DNA from: an uncultured Actinomycetes bacterium
GTDB lineage: Bacteria; Actinomycetota; Acidimicrobiia; Acidimicrobiales; JACCXE01
DNA length: 64,000 nucleotides
Direction: 5' to 3'
Assembly: GCA_963722185.1 (NCBI GenBank)
Contig: CAVRKD010000002.1
Location: 79,362 to 143,361, forward strand
Position numbers and translations under genes: made by a program. Below, in pieces: positions 55,738 through 64,000 of the stretch. The number at the start of each line of letters is the position of its first letter. Within the stretch, counting starts at the first letter, position 1. The notes under the pieces were generated by a model. It searched no databases, was not told the origin of the DNA, and worked only from the letters and a program-made list of their open reading frames with translations.

Positions 55738-56796
55738 CTAGGTGGAGAGCCGGGCGAGAAGTCCTTCCAGCAGCGACATTTCCGCTGGGTTGTATTGCAT
55801 GCGGTCAGCCACGTCGGCAATGGCGTCGAGGGCCACCAGCGCACGCCGCGCGGGACGGGTTTCTTCGGTGGCGACGCGGTCGCGGTAGACCGACGCCAGC
55901 GCCGCCAGGCCGGCGCGCAGGTCGTCGGTGCGGGCCCGGCGCTGGGCGCGGCGCTGGCGGACCTCGACCTCCCGCCGCGGCGGAACCGGGAGGCCCGCCT
56001 TGGCCTGCTCGGCCATCTCGGCGTCGTCGCGCTTGTGCTGTTCGACGACGGGCGCGGCGGCCGCTTCGAGCAACCCGGCCAGCGTTCCGGCGACGGCCAC
56101 GACCGCTCCGGCGGTCCCGTCGAGCAAATCGGGGACGCTGCGCCACACCGCCATGCGCGCCCGCATCTCCGGATCCTTTGCGACGGAGCGCGCCCGCGCG
56201 ATCGAGCCGGCAGCGATGGCCGCCGACTCGGACGCCACATCGGCCTCCACGCCTTCGGCCACCAGCAAGGTGGTGACGACTTCGGCGGGCAGCGGCGGGA
56301 ACTCGACGCGCACGCAGCGGCTGGCGATGGTGACGAGCTCGGGGGTGATCTGGTCGGCGAGGATGCAGAACACCGCGGACGGCGGCGGTTCCTCGATTGT
56401 CTTGAGCAGCGCCGGCGCCGCTTCCTCCACCGCGTGGAAGTCGGTGAGCACGAGCACCTTGCGACCGCCCTCCATCGGCGACCGCAGCGTCAGCCGGGTC
56501 ACCTCGCGGGCGTCGTCGACGAGGATGCTGGCGCCGCTGCGCTCGATCACCGCGAGGTCCGGGTGCGTGCCGCGCAACGCGCGGGTACAGGCCGAGCACG
56601 CGCCGCAGCCGCCGGTCGGGCACAGCAGCGCGGCGGCGAAGCCGCGGGCCGCGGCGAGCGCGCCCGCGCCGTCGGGGCCTTCGAACAGGTAAGCGTGCAC
56701 TGGCGCGTGCGCGCTGGCGCGCAGGAACTCCACGGCGCGGTCTTGACCCACGACGCCCTCGAACAGCGCGGCGACGGGCTTGTCGGTCGGCTTCAT
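55738..56796 (-). CDS. holB: DNA polymerase III delta' subunit
   Basis: VHAYLFEGP, CGACSAC, HPDL, LLKTIEEP, TIASRC. Confidence 0.9.
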   Translation of the reverse strand: MKPTDKPVAALFEGVVGQDRAVEFLRASAHAPVHAYLFEGPDGAGALAAARGFAAALLCPTGGCGACSACTRALRGTHPDLAVIERSGASILVDDAREVTRLTLRSPMEGGRKVLVLTDFHAVEEAAPALLKTIEEPPPSAVFCILADQITPELVTIASRCVRVEFPPLPAEVVTTLLVAEGVEADVASESAAIAAGSIARARSVAKDPEMRARMAVWRSVPDLLDGTAGAVVAVAGTLAGLLEAAAAPVVEQHKRDDAEMAEQAKAGLPVPPRREVEVRQRRAQRRARTDDLRAGLAALASVYRDRVATEETRPARRALVALDAIADVADRMQYNPAEMSLLEGLLARLST

Positions 56797-57398
56797 CGTG
56801 CGGTCACCCAGGCGTCGTACGCGGCGTTGACGCGTGCCGCGACCTCGTCGATGGTCCCCACGCCGTCGATCACGAGCCAGTGATCGACGTTGTCCGCCGC
56901 GAGGGCGGCGAAGCCCTCGGCGACGCGACGATGGAACTTCTTGCCGAGTCGCTCCATGCGATCCGTGGGTCGACGCAATCGCTCTTCGGCTACCTCCGCG
57001 GGCACCACCAGAAGCACGACCACGTCGGCCGGACGCCCGTCAGTCGCCCAGTGCGACAGCTGCACCAGTTCGTCGACCGACAGGCCGTGCCCGTGCCCCT
57101 GGTACGCCAGCGACGAGCCGATGTAGCGGTCCGTCACCACCGTCTCGCCGCGGTCCAGCGCGGGGGCGATGATGTCGGCCACGTGTTGCGCCCGCGCCGC
57201 CGCCATCAACAACGCTTCGGCGCGCGGGTCGACCGAACCGTTCGACGGATCGAGCACCACCGCCCGGATGCGTTCACCCAGCGGCGTACCGCCCGGCTCG
57301 CGGGTCAACACCGCGCCCAAGCGTTCGGCCAGCCGCGCCGCTTGGGTTGACTTACCCGAGCCTTCGCCCCCTTCGAACGCGATCAGGCGAGCCGTCAT
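56793..57398 (-). CDS. tmk: Thymidylate kinase
   Basis: FEGGEGSGKST, TREPGGT, DRYIGSSLAYQG. Confidence 0.94.
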   Translation of the reverse strand: MTARLIAFEGGEGSGKSTQAARLAERLGAVLTREPGGTPLGERIRAVVLDPSNGSVDPRAEALLMAAARAQHVADIIAPALDRGETVVTDRYIGSSLAYQGHGHGLSVDELVQLSHWATDGRPADVVVLLVVPAEVAEERLRRPTDRMERLGKKFHRRVAEGFAALAADNVDHWLVIDGVGTIDEVAARVNAAYDAWVTAR

Positions 57399-58726
57399 GT
57401 GGTGCGGGTCGGGTGCGCGTTGCGTGAGCCCACGGGGTCGCGCAGCGACAGCAGCGACAGCAAGCCCGCGATGGCGATGATGCCGCCGGCGAACCACAGC
57501 GACAGGCGCACGCCGGAGACGTTCAGCCCCAGCGTCAAACCAAGCGAACCGAGGAGGCGGCTCATGATCGGCGCGACCGTGAACGACAAGAGGAGCACGA
57601 CGCGGATCATCGTGTACAGGGTGGCGAAGGTGCGGCCGCGCAACGCGTCCTCGACGTTGGTCTGCAAGATCGTGAAGCCGAGGACGTAGACGGCGCCGGC
57701 ACACAGCCCAAGGCACGCGACCCAGAGCACCGCTGGCGTCATCGACGACGCCGTCGCGCCGAGACTTATGAAGGCAGCCGCCCCGAATACCGCTCCGACG
57801 AATACGGGCTCAGGCGTGAGGCGGCGCTGCACGAGCGACAGTCCGATCACGCTGATGGCTACTCCGAAGCCGAGCGCCGAGATCAACACGCCGAAGCCGG
57901 CCTGGCCGCCGCCGAGATCCTTGTTGGCGAACACCTGGCCGAGGGGGACGAGCATGCCCCCGCCGAAGAGTCCGGCGCCGATGCCGAGCATGACAGAACG
58001 CACCCGCGGGCTCGTGCCGATGAACTTCATTCCTTCACGCAGGTCGCGCATGACGTTGGGACGCGCCTCCTCGTCGACCTCCTCGATCGGCGTCGCTCGA
58101 GGCAGGGCCGTTCTGCTCACGATCGCGGCGGCGACGAGGAAGGTGAAGCCGTTCGCCCACAGAGCGAGGGACTCCTGGTTCACCTGGAGTATCGAGAGAG
58201 CGTCGATGTTGCCGAGCGCCTCGGACACCTTGGCGAAGAGAGCGAAGATGACCGAACCAAGCGGGAACGTCCCGTACGCCGCCGCCACCGACAACGAGTT
58301 CGCCGTCGGCAGCTGTTCGGCCGGCACCAGGTTGGGCACCGTCGCTTCCTTCGCCGTCGACCACGCGATCGCCATCGCCTCCAACAGCAGGGAGGCGACG
58401 ACGAGGCCGAAGATCGTGTCGACGATAGGCAGGAACGCGAACACGATCGCGCGGCCGACGTGGCACAGAACCATCACGCGGCGACGGTCGAGCCGGTCGA
58501 GAAACACGCCCGCTATGGGCCCGAAGAAGAACCCGGGCAGCAGACGCGCCGAGAGCACGACGGCCACCGCCGTCTCGCCGGAACCCTTCGAGACACGCGT
58601 TGCCAGCGCGATGACCGCGACGAAGCCGATCCAGTCGCCAAGGCTCGCTATGAGCGACGCGAACCAGAGGCGTCGGAACGACGGATACGAGAAAACGCCC
58701 CGGCGAGCAGATTTCGGCTCGGCCAC
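57395..58726 (-). CDS. MFS transporter
   Basis: About 12 TM helices, DRLDRRRVM; adjacent to tmk (fused in some actinomycetes). Confidence 0.88.
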   Translation of the reverse strand: MAEPKSARRGVFSYPSFRRLWFASLIASLGDWIGFVAVIALATRVSKGSGETAVAVVLSARLLPGFFFGPIAGVFLDRLDRRRVMVLCHVGRAIVFAFLPIVDTIFGLVVASLLLEAMAIAWSTAKEATVPNLVPAEQLPTANSLSVAAAYGTFPLGSVIFALFAKVSEALGNIDALSILQVNQESLALWANGFTFLVAAAIVSRTALPRATPIEEVDEEARPNVMRDLREGMKFIGTSPRVRSVMLGIGAGLFGGGMLVPLGQVFANKDLGGGQAGFGVLISALGFGVAISVIGLSLVQRRLTPEPVFVGAVFGAAAFISLGATASSMTPAVLWVACLGLCAGAVYVLGFTILQTNVEDALRGRTFATLYTMIRVVLLLSFTVAPIMSRLLGSLGLTLGLNVSGVRLSLWFAGGIIAIAGLLSLLSLRDPVGSRNAHPTRTT

Positions 58727-58736
58727 GTATCGAAGA

Positions 58737-61406
58737 CTAAGCGGTCTTCTTCTTCGCGGGCGCCCGCTTCGCCGATGCCTTGCGAGTTGCCTTTTTGGCC
58801 GGTGCCTTGCGTTTGGCCGCCGCCTTCTTCGGCGCCGGACCCTTGGCCCGCTTCTCGGCCAGCAACTCGATGGCCCGTTCCTCGGTCAGCGTTTCGATGG
58901 CCACGCCGGCGGGGATCGTGGCGTTGGTCTCGCCGTCGGTGACATACGGTCCGAAGCGGCCGTCTTTGACCAGCATCGGCTTGCCGCTGATCGGGTCGTC
59001 GCCGAAGGTGGCCAGCGGCGGCTTGGCGACGCCGCGGCGGCCCCACTGCTTGGGCTGCTTGTAGATCTCGACCGCCTCGTCGAGGGTGATGGAGAAGATG
59101 CGCTCCTCATTGTCGAGCGACCGGCTGTCGACGCCCTTGGTCAGGTACGGGCCGTAGCGACCGTTCTGCGCGGTGATTATCTCGCCGTCGGTGGGATCGA
59201 CGCCGACTTCGCGGGGCAGAGACAGCAGTTGCAGCGCGTCGTCGAGGGTGAGCCGCTCGAGCGTCATAGTGCTGAACAGCGAGCCGGTCTTCGGCTTGTG
59301 GGTGACCTTGCCCTTTTCGTTGGTCTCCACTTCACCGAGCTGCACGTACGGGCCGTACTTGCCGCTCTTGGCGAGCACGGGCAGCCCCGTCGCCGGGTCG
59401 ATACCGAGTTCGCGATCGCTCGATGGCGCGTTGAACAACTCGATGGCGCGTTCCAGCGTGAGTTCGTCCGGCGGTATCTCGGGGGCGACCGAAGGACCGT
59501 TGGCCTCGCCGATCTGCAGGTACGGCCCGTACTTGCCGACCCGCACGACCACCGGCTCACCGTCCGGCGTCGCGCCGAGCAGGATCGAGTTGATCGCCGC
59601 GGCGTCGATCTCGTCCATGGCGTGATCGACCATGGGCTTCAGGCCGTCGCCGTTCGCCCCGAAGTAGAAGTTCGTGAGCCACGGCACCCGTTCGGCCTCG
59701 CGCGATGCGATGCGGTCGAGGTCGTCCTCCATCGCCGCGGTGAAGCGGTAGTCGACGTACTGGCCGAAGTGCTGCTCGAGGATCTGCACCACGGCGAACG
59801 CCGCCCACGTGGGCACGAGGGCGTTGCCCTTCTTGAACGCGAAACCGCGGCTCTCGTTGAGGATGGTGTTGATGATCGACGCGTAGGTCGAGGGGCGACC
59901 GATGCCGCGCTCCTCGAGTTCGCGGATGAGCGACGCCTCGGTAAAACGGGCGGGCGGCTTGGTGTCGTGTCCTTGCGGCAGGTACGACTCGCCACTGACG
60001 GTGTCGCCTTCGGCCAGCGGCGGCAGCACGCGTTCGTCCTCGTCCGCGTCGTCGTCGGTGTGCTCGATGTAGACGGCGCGATAGCCGGGAAACGTGATCA
60101 CGCGGCCGCTGGCAGCGAAGTCGCAGTTCTCGGCGTCGGCGGTAACTGCGTTGAGGCGCACCGAAACGGTGAAGCCGCGGGCGTCGGCCATCTGCGAGGC
60201 CACGGTGCGCTTCCAAATGAGGTCGTAGACCCGCGCCTGGTCGGAGTCGACGAGATTGCGGACTTCGTCGGGGTGACGGAACGTGTCGCCGGCGGGGCGG
60301 ATCGCTTCGTGCGCTTCCTGCGCGTTCTTGACCTTCTTCGTGTACTGCCGCGGCGCCTCCGGCACGTAGTCGGCGCCGAACAGATCGGTGGCCGCCCGCC
60401 GCGCCGCCGCCAGCGCTTGGTCCGACAGCGTCGTCGAGTCGGTGCGCATGTAGGTGATGAAGCCGTTCTCGTAGAGGCCTTGCGCGGCGCGCATAGTTCG
60501 CTGGGCGGTCATGCCCAGTTGGTTGTTGCCGGCCTGCTGGAGCGTCGAGGTGATGAACGGTGGCTTGGGTGAGGACTTGTACGGCTTCTCTTCGACGCTG
60601 CGGACGGTGACAGGCACACCGCCGAGACGCTCGGCCAAGCCGCGAGCGGCGGCTTCGTCGAGCAGGAGGCGATCGGCCGACAGCTGCCCGGTGGACGGAT
60701 CAAAGTCCTTGCCTTCTGCGAGTCGCTGGTCGTTGACCGCCACCAGTGCCGCCTTGAACGCGGCGTCGTCCTTGCGGAAGATCGCCTCGATGTCCCAGTA
60801 GTTGGCGGAGCGGAACGCCATGCGGGCCCGCTCGCGTTCTACCAGTAGACGGATGGCCGGGCTTTGCACGCGACCGGCGGTGGCACCGCCCGGGCCCTTC
60901 CGGCGCAGGACTTCGATCAATCGCCAGCCGTAGAGCCGGTCGAGGATGCGACGCGTCTCCTGGGCGTCGACCAGCGCCATGTCGAGGTCGCGGGGGTTGG
61001 CGACCGCTTCTTCGATGGCGGCGCGGGTGATCTCGTGGAACACCATCCGCTTGACGGGCACGTTGGGCGACAGCGTCTCGAGCAGGTGCCAGCTGATGGC
61101 CTCGCCCTCGCGGTCTTCGTCGGTCGCGAGATAGATCTCACTCGCACCCTTGAGCAATGCCTTGAGTTCGCGCACCACGCCCTTCTTCGACTCGGGCACG
61201 ACGTACAGCGGCTTGAAGTCGTTCTCGACGTCGACGCCGTCCCGCGACCACTTGAGCGACTTGTACGCCTCGGGAATCTCCTTGGCGCCGCGCGGCAAGT
61301 CGCGGATGTGGCCCACCGAAGACTCCACGAGATAGTCGTCGCCAAGGAAGCCCACGATGGTGCGCGCCTTGGCAGGGGACTCGACGATGACGAGGGGTTT
61401 GGCCAT
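58737..61406 (-). CDS. topA: DNA topoisomerase I
   Basis: IVESPAKA, DEDREGE, AGRVQS, ITYMRTDS, AQEAHEAIRP, repeated GxYGPY C-terminal domains, Lys-rich tail. Confidence 0.97.
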   Translation of the reverse strand: MAKPLVIVESPAKARTIVGFLGDDYLVESSVGHIRDLPRGAKEIPEAYKSLKWSRDGVDVENDFKPLYVVPESKKGVVRELKALLKGASEIYLATDEDREGEAISWHLLETLSPNVPVKRMVFHEITRAAIEEAVANPRDLDMALVDAQETRRILDRLYGWRLIEVLRRKGPGGATAGRVQSPAIRLLVERERARMAFRSANYWDIEAIFRKDDAAFKAALVAVNDQRLAEGKDFDPSTGQLSADRLLLDEAAARGLAERLGGVPVTVRSVEEKPYKSSPKPPFITSTLQQAGNNQLGMTAQRTMRAAQGLYENGFITYMRTDSTTLSDQALAAARRAATDLFGADYVPEAPRQYTKKVKNAQEAHEAIRPAGDTFRHPDEVRNLVDSDQARVYDLIWKRTVASQMADARGFTVSVRLNAVTADAENCDFAASGRVITFPGYRAVYIEHTDDDADEDERVLPPLAEGDTVSGESYLPQGHDTKPPARFTEASLIRELEERGIGRPSTYASIINTILNESRGFAFKKGNALVPTWAAFAVVQILEQHFGQYVDYRFTAAMEDDLDRIASREAERVPWLTNFYFGANGDGLKPMVDHAMDEIDAAAINSILLGATPDGEPVVVRVGKYGPYLQIGEANGPSVAPEIPPDELTLERAIELFNAPSSDRELGIDPATGLPVLAKSGKYGPYVQLGEVETNEKGKVTHKPKTGSLFSTMTLERLTLDDALQLLSLPREVGVDPTDGEIITAQNGRYGPYLTKGVDSRSLDNEERIFSITLDEAVEIYKQPKQWGRRGVAKPPLATFGDDPISGKPMLVKDGRFGPYVTDGETNATIPAGVAIETLTEERAIELLAEKRAKGPAPKKAAAKRKAPAKKATRKASAKRAPAKKKTA

Positions 61407-61444
61407 AACTCTTTTTCCAGAGTGGGCAGACGAAATCTCGCCTG

Positions 61445-62089
61445 TCAAACAGACCTACGCCGAGCGGAGCGCCGAACCAGCAGGATCTTGCGCAATGCCA
61501 ACCAGGCGACATAGCCAAAAATCGCCGCCAATACGAGGTAGCCGAGCGGTTCGACCCAGCTTGAGACCCGGTCCCACCGGTCGCCCAACTCGTAGCCAAG
61601 TCCTATGAATAGGGCATTCCAGATCGCGCTCCCGATCACCGTGAGGACCGTGAATCTTCCGAGCGGCATCTTCGACCAACCGGCCGGGACCGACACGATG
61701 CTGCGGACGAGCGGGATGCATCGGCCGACGAGGACGATCGCGCTGCCGTGGCGTTCGAAGAACTTCTCGCCGCGCGCGAGATCGTTCGGGCTGAAGAGGA
61801 AGAACCACCGCTTCTGGGCCAGTTCCTGGAGGCGGTCGTAGCCGATGATGCGCCCAACCCCGTAGAGAACGTAGGCACCCACGAGCGCGCCGACCGTGGC
61901 GGCGACCCACGCGAGGACCAGGTTGATATCGCCCTGTGCCGCGCTGAACCCGGCAAAGGGCAGGATCGCTTCAGACGGGATCGGCGGGAAGACGTTTTCG
62001 AGCGCGATGAGGACTCCGACGCCGAGCTCTCCGATGGACTCGATCACGTCGACGACCCAACCCGTCACCCCGCTGAGGTCGCTTGCCAC
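61445..62089 (-). CDS. DedA family membrane protein
   Basis: LENVFPPIPSEAILPFAG, GRCIPLVRSIVSVPAG. Confidence 0.9.
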   Translation of the reverse strand: MASDLSGVTGWVVDVIESIGELGVGVLIALENVFPPIPSEAILPFAGFSAAQGDINLVLAWVAATVGALVGAYVLYGVGRIIGYDRLQELAQKRWFFLFSPNDLARGEKFFERHGSAIVLVGRCIPLVRSIVSVPAGWSKMPLGRFTVLTVIGSAIWNALFIGLGYELGDRWDRVSSWVEPLGYLVLAAIFGYVAWLALRKILLVRRSARRRSV

Positions 62090-62213
62090 GCGAGCACCGT
62101 ATCGGTCACCACGCTCGCCGGGAGAACCGCGCAAACGGTGGATAACTTCGGACTAATCCACGGTTAATCCACAACCTTTATGGGGTTGCGGTCCACAGGC
62201 CGCGGGGCGCACG

Positions 62214-62408
62214 GTGACGTCCGTGGTCATTACGGCACCACATCTTGCAGCAGAGCTACGGCGCCGGCGTAAGTGCCGCCGCGCGCTGGTTGAAGAGCTC
62301 GAACGGTCGTCGGGCCACACGTGGGTCCCCGACGACTTAGAGCGGGCGCCGACGAACCTCTTGGTGCTTGCTGCACTCAATCTGACCGGAAGGGGGGCAT
62401 CTCAGTAG
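62214..62408 (+). CDS. Small hypothetical protein
   Basis: Only ORF filling the gap on this strand; no recognisable motif. Confidence 0.25.
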   Translation: MTSVVITAPHLAAELRRRRKCRRALVEELERSSGHTWVPDDLERAPTNLLVLAALNLTGRGASQ

Positions 62409-62447
62409 CGCGCCGCAGGCGGGCTCTTTGGCCATAGCCTGCGGCGC

Positions 62448-63401
62448 GTGACTGGTCCCCTTCCTTCATACGCCGACCTGCCCGACGGCGCCTCATGGAG
62501 CGTCTGGCCGGGTCGTGAGGTCTACGGCACCCTGAATCTGCTGACGCCCGAGCGCGCCGTGGCCGCCGCCCGCTTGGTGCAAACCGGCGAGACTTTCGGG
62601 CTCAACTGGAACATGGAATTGCCCGACCCGCCGCTGTTCGGCCGCGGCGCCTTCGAGCACGAGATCGTCGCCGGCCAGACGCATCGCGACGACGTGCTGC
62701 ACCACTGGAACACGCAGTCCTCGTCCCAGTGGGATGGCCTTCGCCACGTGTTCCACCCGACCCGCGGCAATTACGGCGGACTGCCGGACGAGGAGCATGG
62801 CGTTCATTTCTGGGCCCGCAAAGGCATCGTCGGTCGGGGCGTACTGGTCGACGTAGCCCGATGGCGCGCCTCGGTCGGACGGCCGATCGACCCTTCGCGC
62901 GCCGACGCCGTCGAGCTCGACGATCTCGACGCCACGCTGCAAGCGCAGGGCCTCACGCTCGAACCTGGCGACGTGCTGCTGATGCACACAGGGTGGATCG
63001 CGCACTACATGAGCCTCGACGACGCGGCGCGGGCCGACCTGCGCGAGAACATCGCGACGCCCGGCCTGCGCGCCGGGCGCAAGACTGCCGCGTGGTTGTG
63101 GGATCACCACATCGCGGCCATCGCGGCCGACAACCCGGCCATCGAGATGATGCCGTGGGATCCGGACCTGACCGTCGAAGCACGCACGGCCGCGTGGCGC
63201 GATATCGACAACCGCGGCGAGGTCTTCGGCCACATTCACTTCCTGCCGCTGCTCGGCATCCCGCTCGGCGAGATGTTCGACCTACGCGGCCTGGCCGAGG
63301 CCTGCGCGCGCGAGCAGCGGTACGCGTTCCTGTTCACGTCGGCGCCGCTCAACCTGCTCCACGGCGTCGCCAGTCCACCGAACGCCCTGGCGATCCTCTA
63401 A
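62448..63401 (+). CDS. Cyclase family (kynurenine formamidase-like) metal hydrolase
   Basis: GTLNLLTP, SSQWDGLRH, GRGVLVD, GDVLLMHTG, ADNPAIE, GVASPPNA. Confidence 0.85.
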   Translation: MTGPLPSYADLPDGASWSVWPGREVYGTLNLLTPERAVAAARLVQTGETFGLNWNMELPDPPLFGRGAFEHEIVAGQTHRDDVLHHWNTQSSSQWDGLRHVFHPTRGNYGGLPDEEHGVHFWARKGIVGRGVLVDVARWRASVGRPIDPSRADAVELDDLDATLQAQGLTLEPGDVLLMHTGWIAHYMSLDDAARADLRENIATPGLRAGRKTAAWLWDHHIAAIAADNPAIEMMPWDPDLTVEARTAAWRDIDNRGEVFGHIHFLPLLGIPLGEMFDLRGLAEACAREQRYAFLFTSAPLNLLHGVASPPNALAIL

Positions 63402-63404
63402 CGA

Positions 63405-63456
63405 CGAACTGGTCGCACAATCACGCCAGACACAGCGCGATGGTGCGACCAGTTCG
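63405..63456. repeat. Palindrome between convergent genes (possible variant element or bidirectional terminator)
   Basis: CGAACTGGTCGCAC...GTGCGACCAGTTCG, perfect 14-bp arms. Confidence 0.6.
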
Positions 63457-63481
63457 GTTTGTTGCGTGGTTCTGAAGCGTC

Positions 63482-64000
63482 TTAGCGGCGGGCGGCGGCT
63501 TTCTTCGCCGGAGCCTTCTTGGCCGCAGGAGCCTTCTTGGCGACGGCCTTCTTCTTGGCTGGAGCCTTCTTCGCCGTCTTGACGGCGCTGACTTCAGGCT
63601 CGTCGCTGTCGAGACCGAGCGCTTCTTGGGCGAGGTCCACGACGGCGTGCAGACCGTCGGAACCGCGCGCCGGCTCGCTACCGCCGATGCCGGGCGCTTC
63701 GCGCTTGGAGAACGCGATGGCACCGATGAGGATCACCAGCGACACGCCGGCGATCGTGTATCGGACGCCGTCGTTGTCGCGCAGGTTGATGATCGCCGGC
63801 AGCATGAGCAGCGAGACGAGGTTCATCACCTTGATCAGCGGGTTGAGCGCCGGTCCGGCGGTGTCCTTGAACGGGTCGCCGACGGTGTCGCCGATGACCG
63901 CAGCCTTGTGGGCCTCGGAGCCCTTGCCGCCTTCGTTTCCGTCCTCGATGAACTTCTTGGCGTTGTCCCACGCACCACCCGCATTCGACAGGTAGTTCGC
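63482..64000 (-). CDS. hppA: Membrane-bound H+/Na+-translocating pyrophosphatase, 3' part
   Basis: [46 protein letters not shown]; extends beyond the window. Confidence 0.92.
   Translation of the reverse strand, partial: ANYLSNAGGAWDNAKKFIEDGNEGGKGSEAHKAAVIGDTVGDPFKDTAGPALNPLIKVMNLVSLLMLPAIINLRDNDGVRYTIAGVSLVILIGAIAFSKREAPGIGGSEPARGSDGLHAVVDLAQEALGLDSDEPEVSAVKTAKKAPAKKKAVAKKAPAAKKAPAKKAAARR

Overview
High-GC actinobacterial chromosome segment, probably Acidimicrobiia-like (inferred from gene content and order, not tested). It carries the conserved housekeeping block tilS-hpt-ftsH-folE-folP-folB-folK ... DUF2520-panC-panD-nadB-nadC-coaX-lysS ... clpC ... radA/disA, plus sigR/rsrA. It also has a tandem duplicated DUF1800/DUF1501-PKD pair, a Phe/Tyr catabolic operon (phhA-hppD-DinB-fahA-hmgA), an SBP/vWA cluster, an AraC-VOC-UvrA2 triad, an ECF sigma/anti-sigma/L,D-transpeptidase module, tRNA-Thr(CGT), holB-tmk-MFS-topA-dedA and the 3' end of a membrane pyrophosphatase. 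The most striking observation is a family of 47-nt hairpin palindromes (TTCT...AGAA). Two copies with compensatory stem changes bracket an AbiEi-like/DUF559 nuclease gene inserted antisense into the fol-pan cluster. Solo 47-nt copies lie upstream of radA, at the start of a methyltransferase, and inside the fahA reading frame. This suggests a REP/RAYT-like mobile system built around a DUF559 nuclease. Also notable: a probable non-canonical ATA start codon for sigR, a FolK-nucleotidyltransferase fusion, and seven frameshifts that are most likely sequencing errors.
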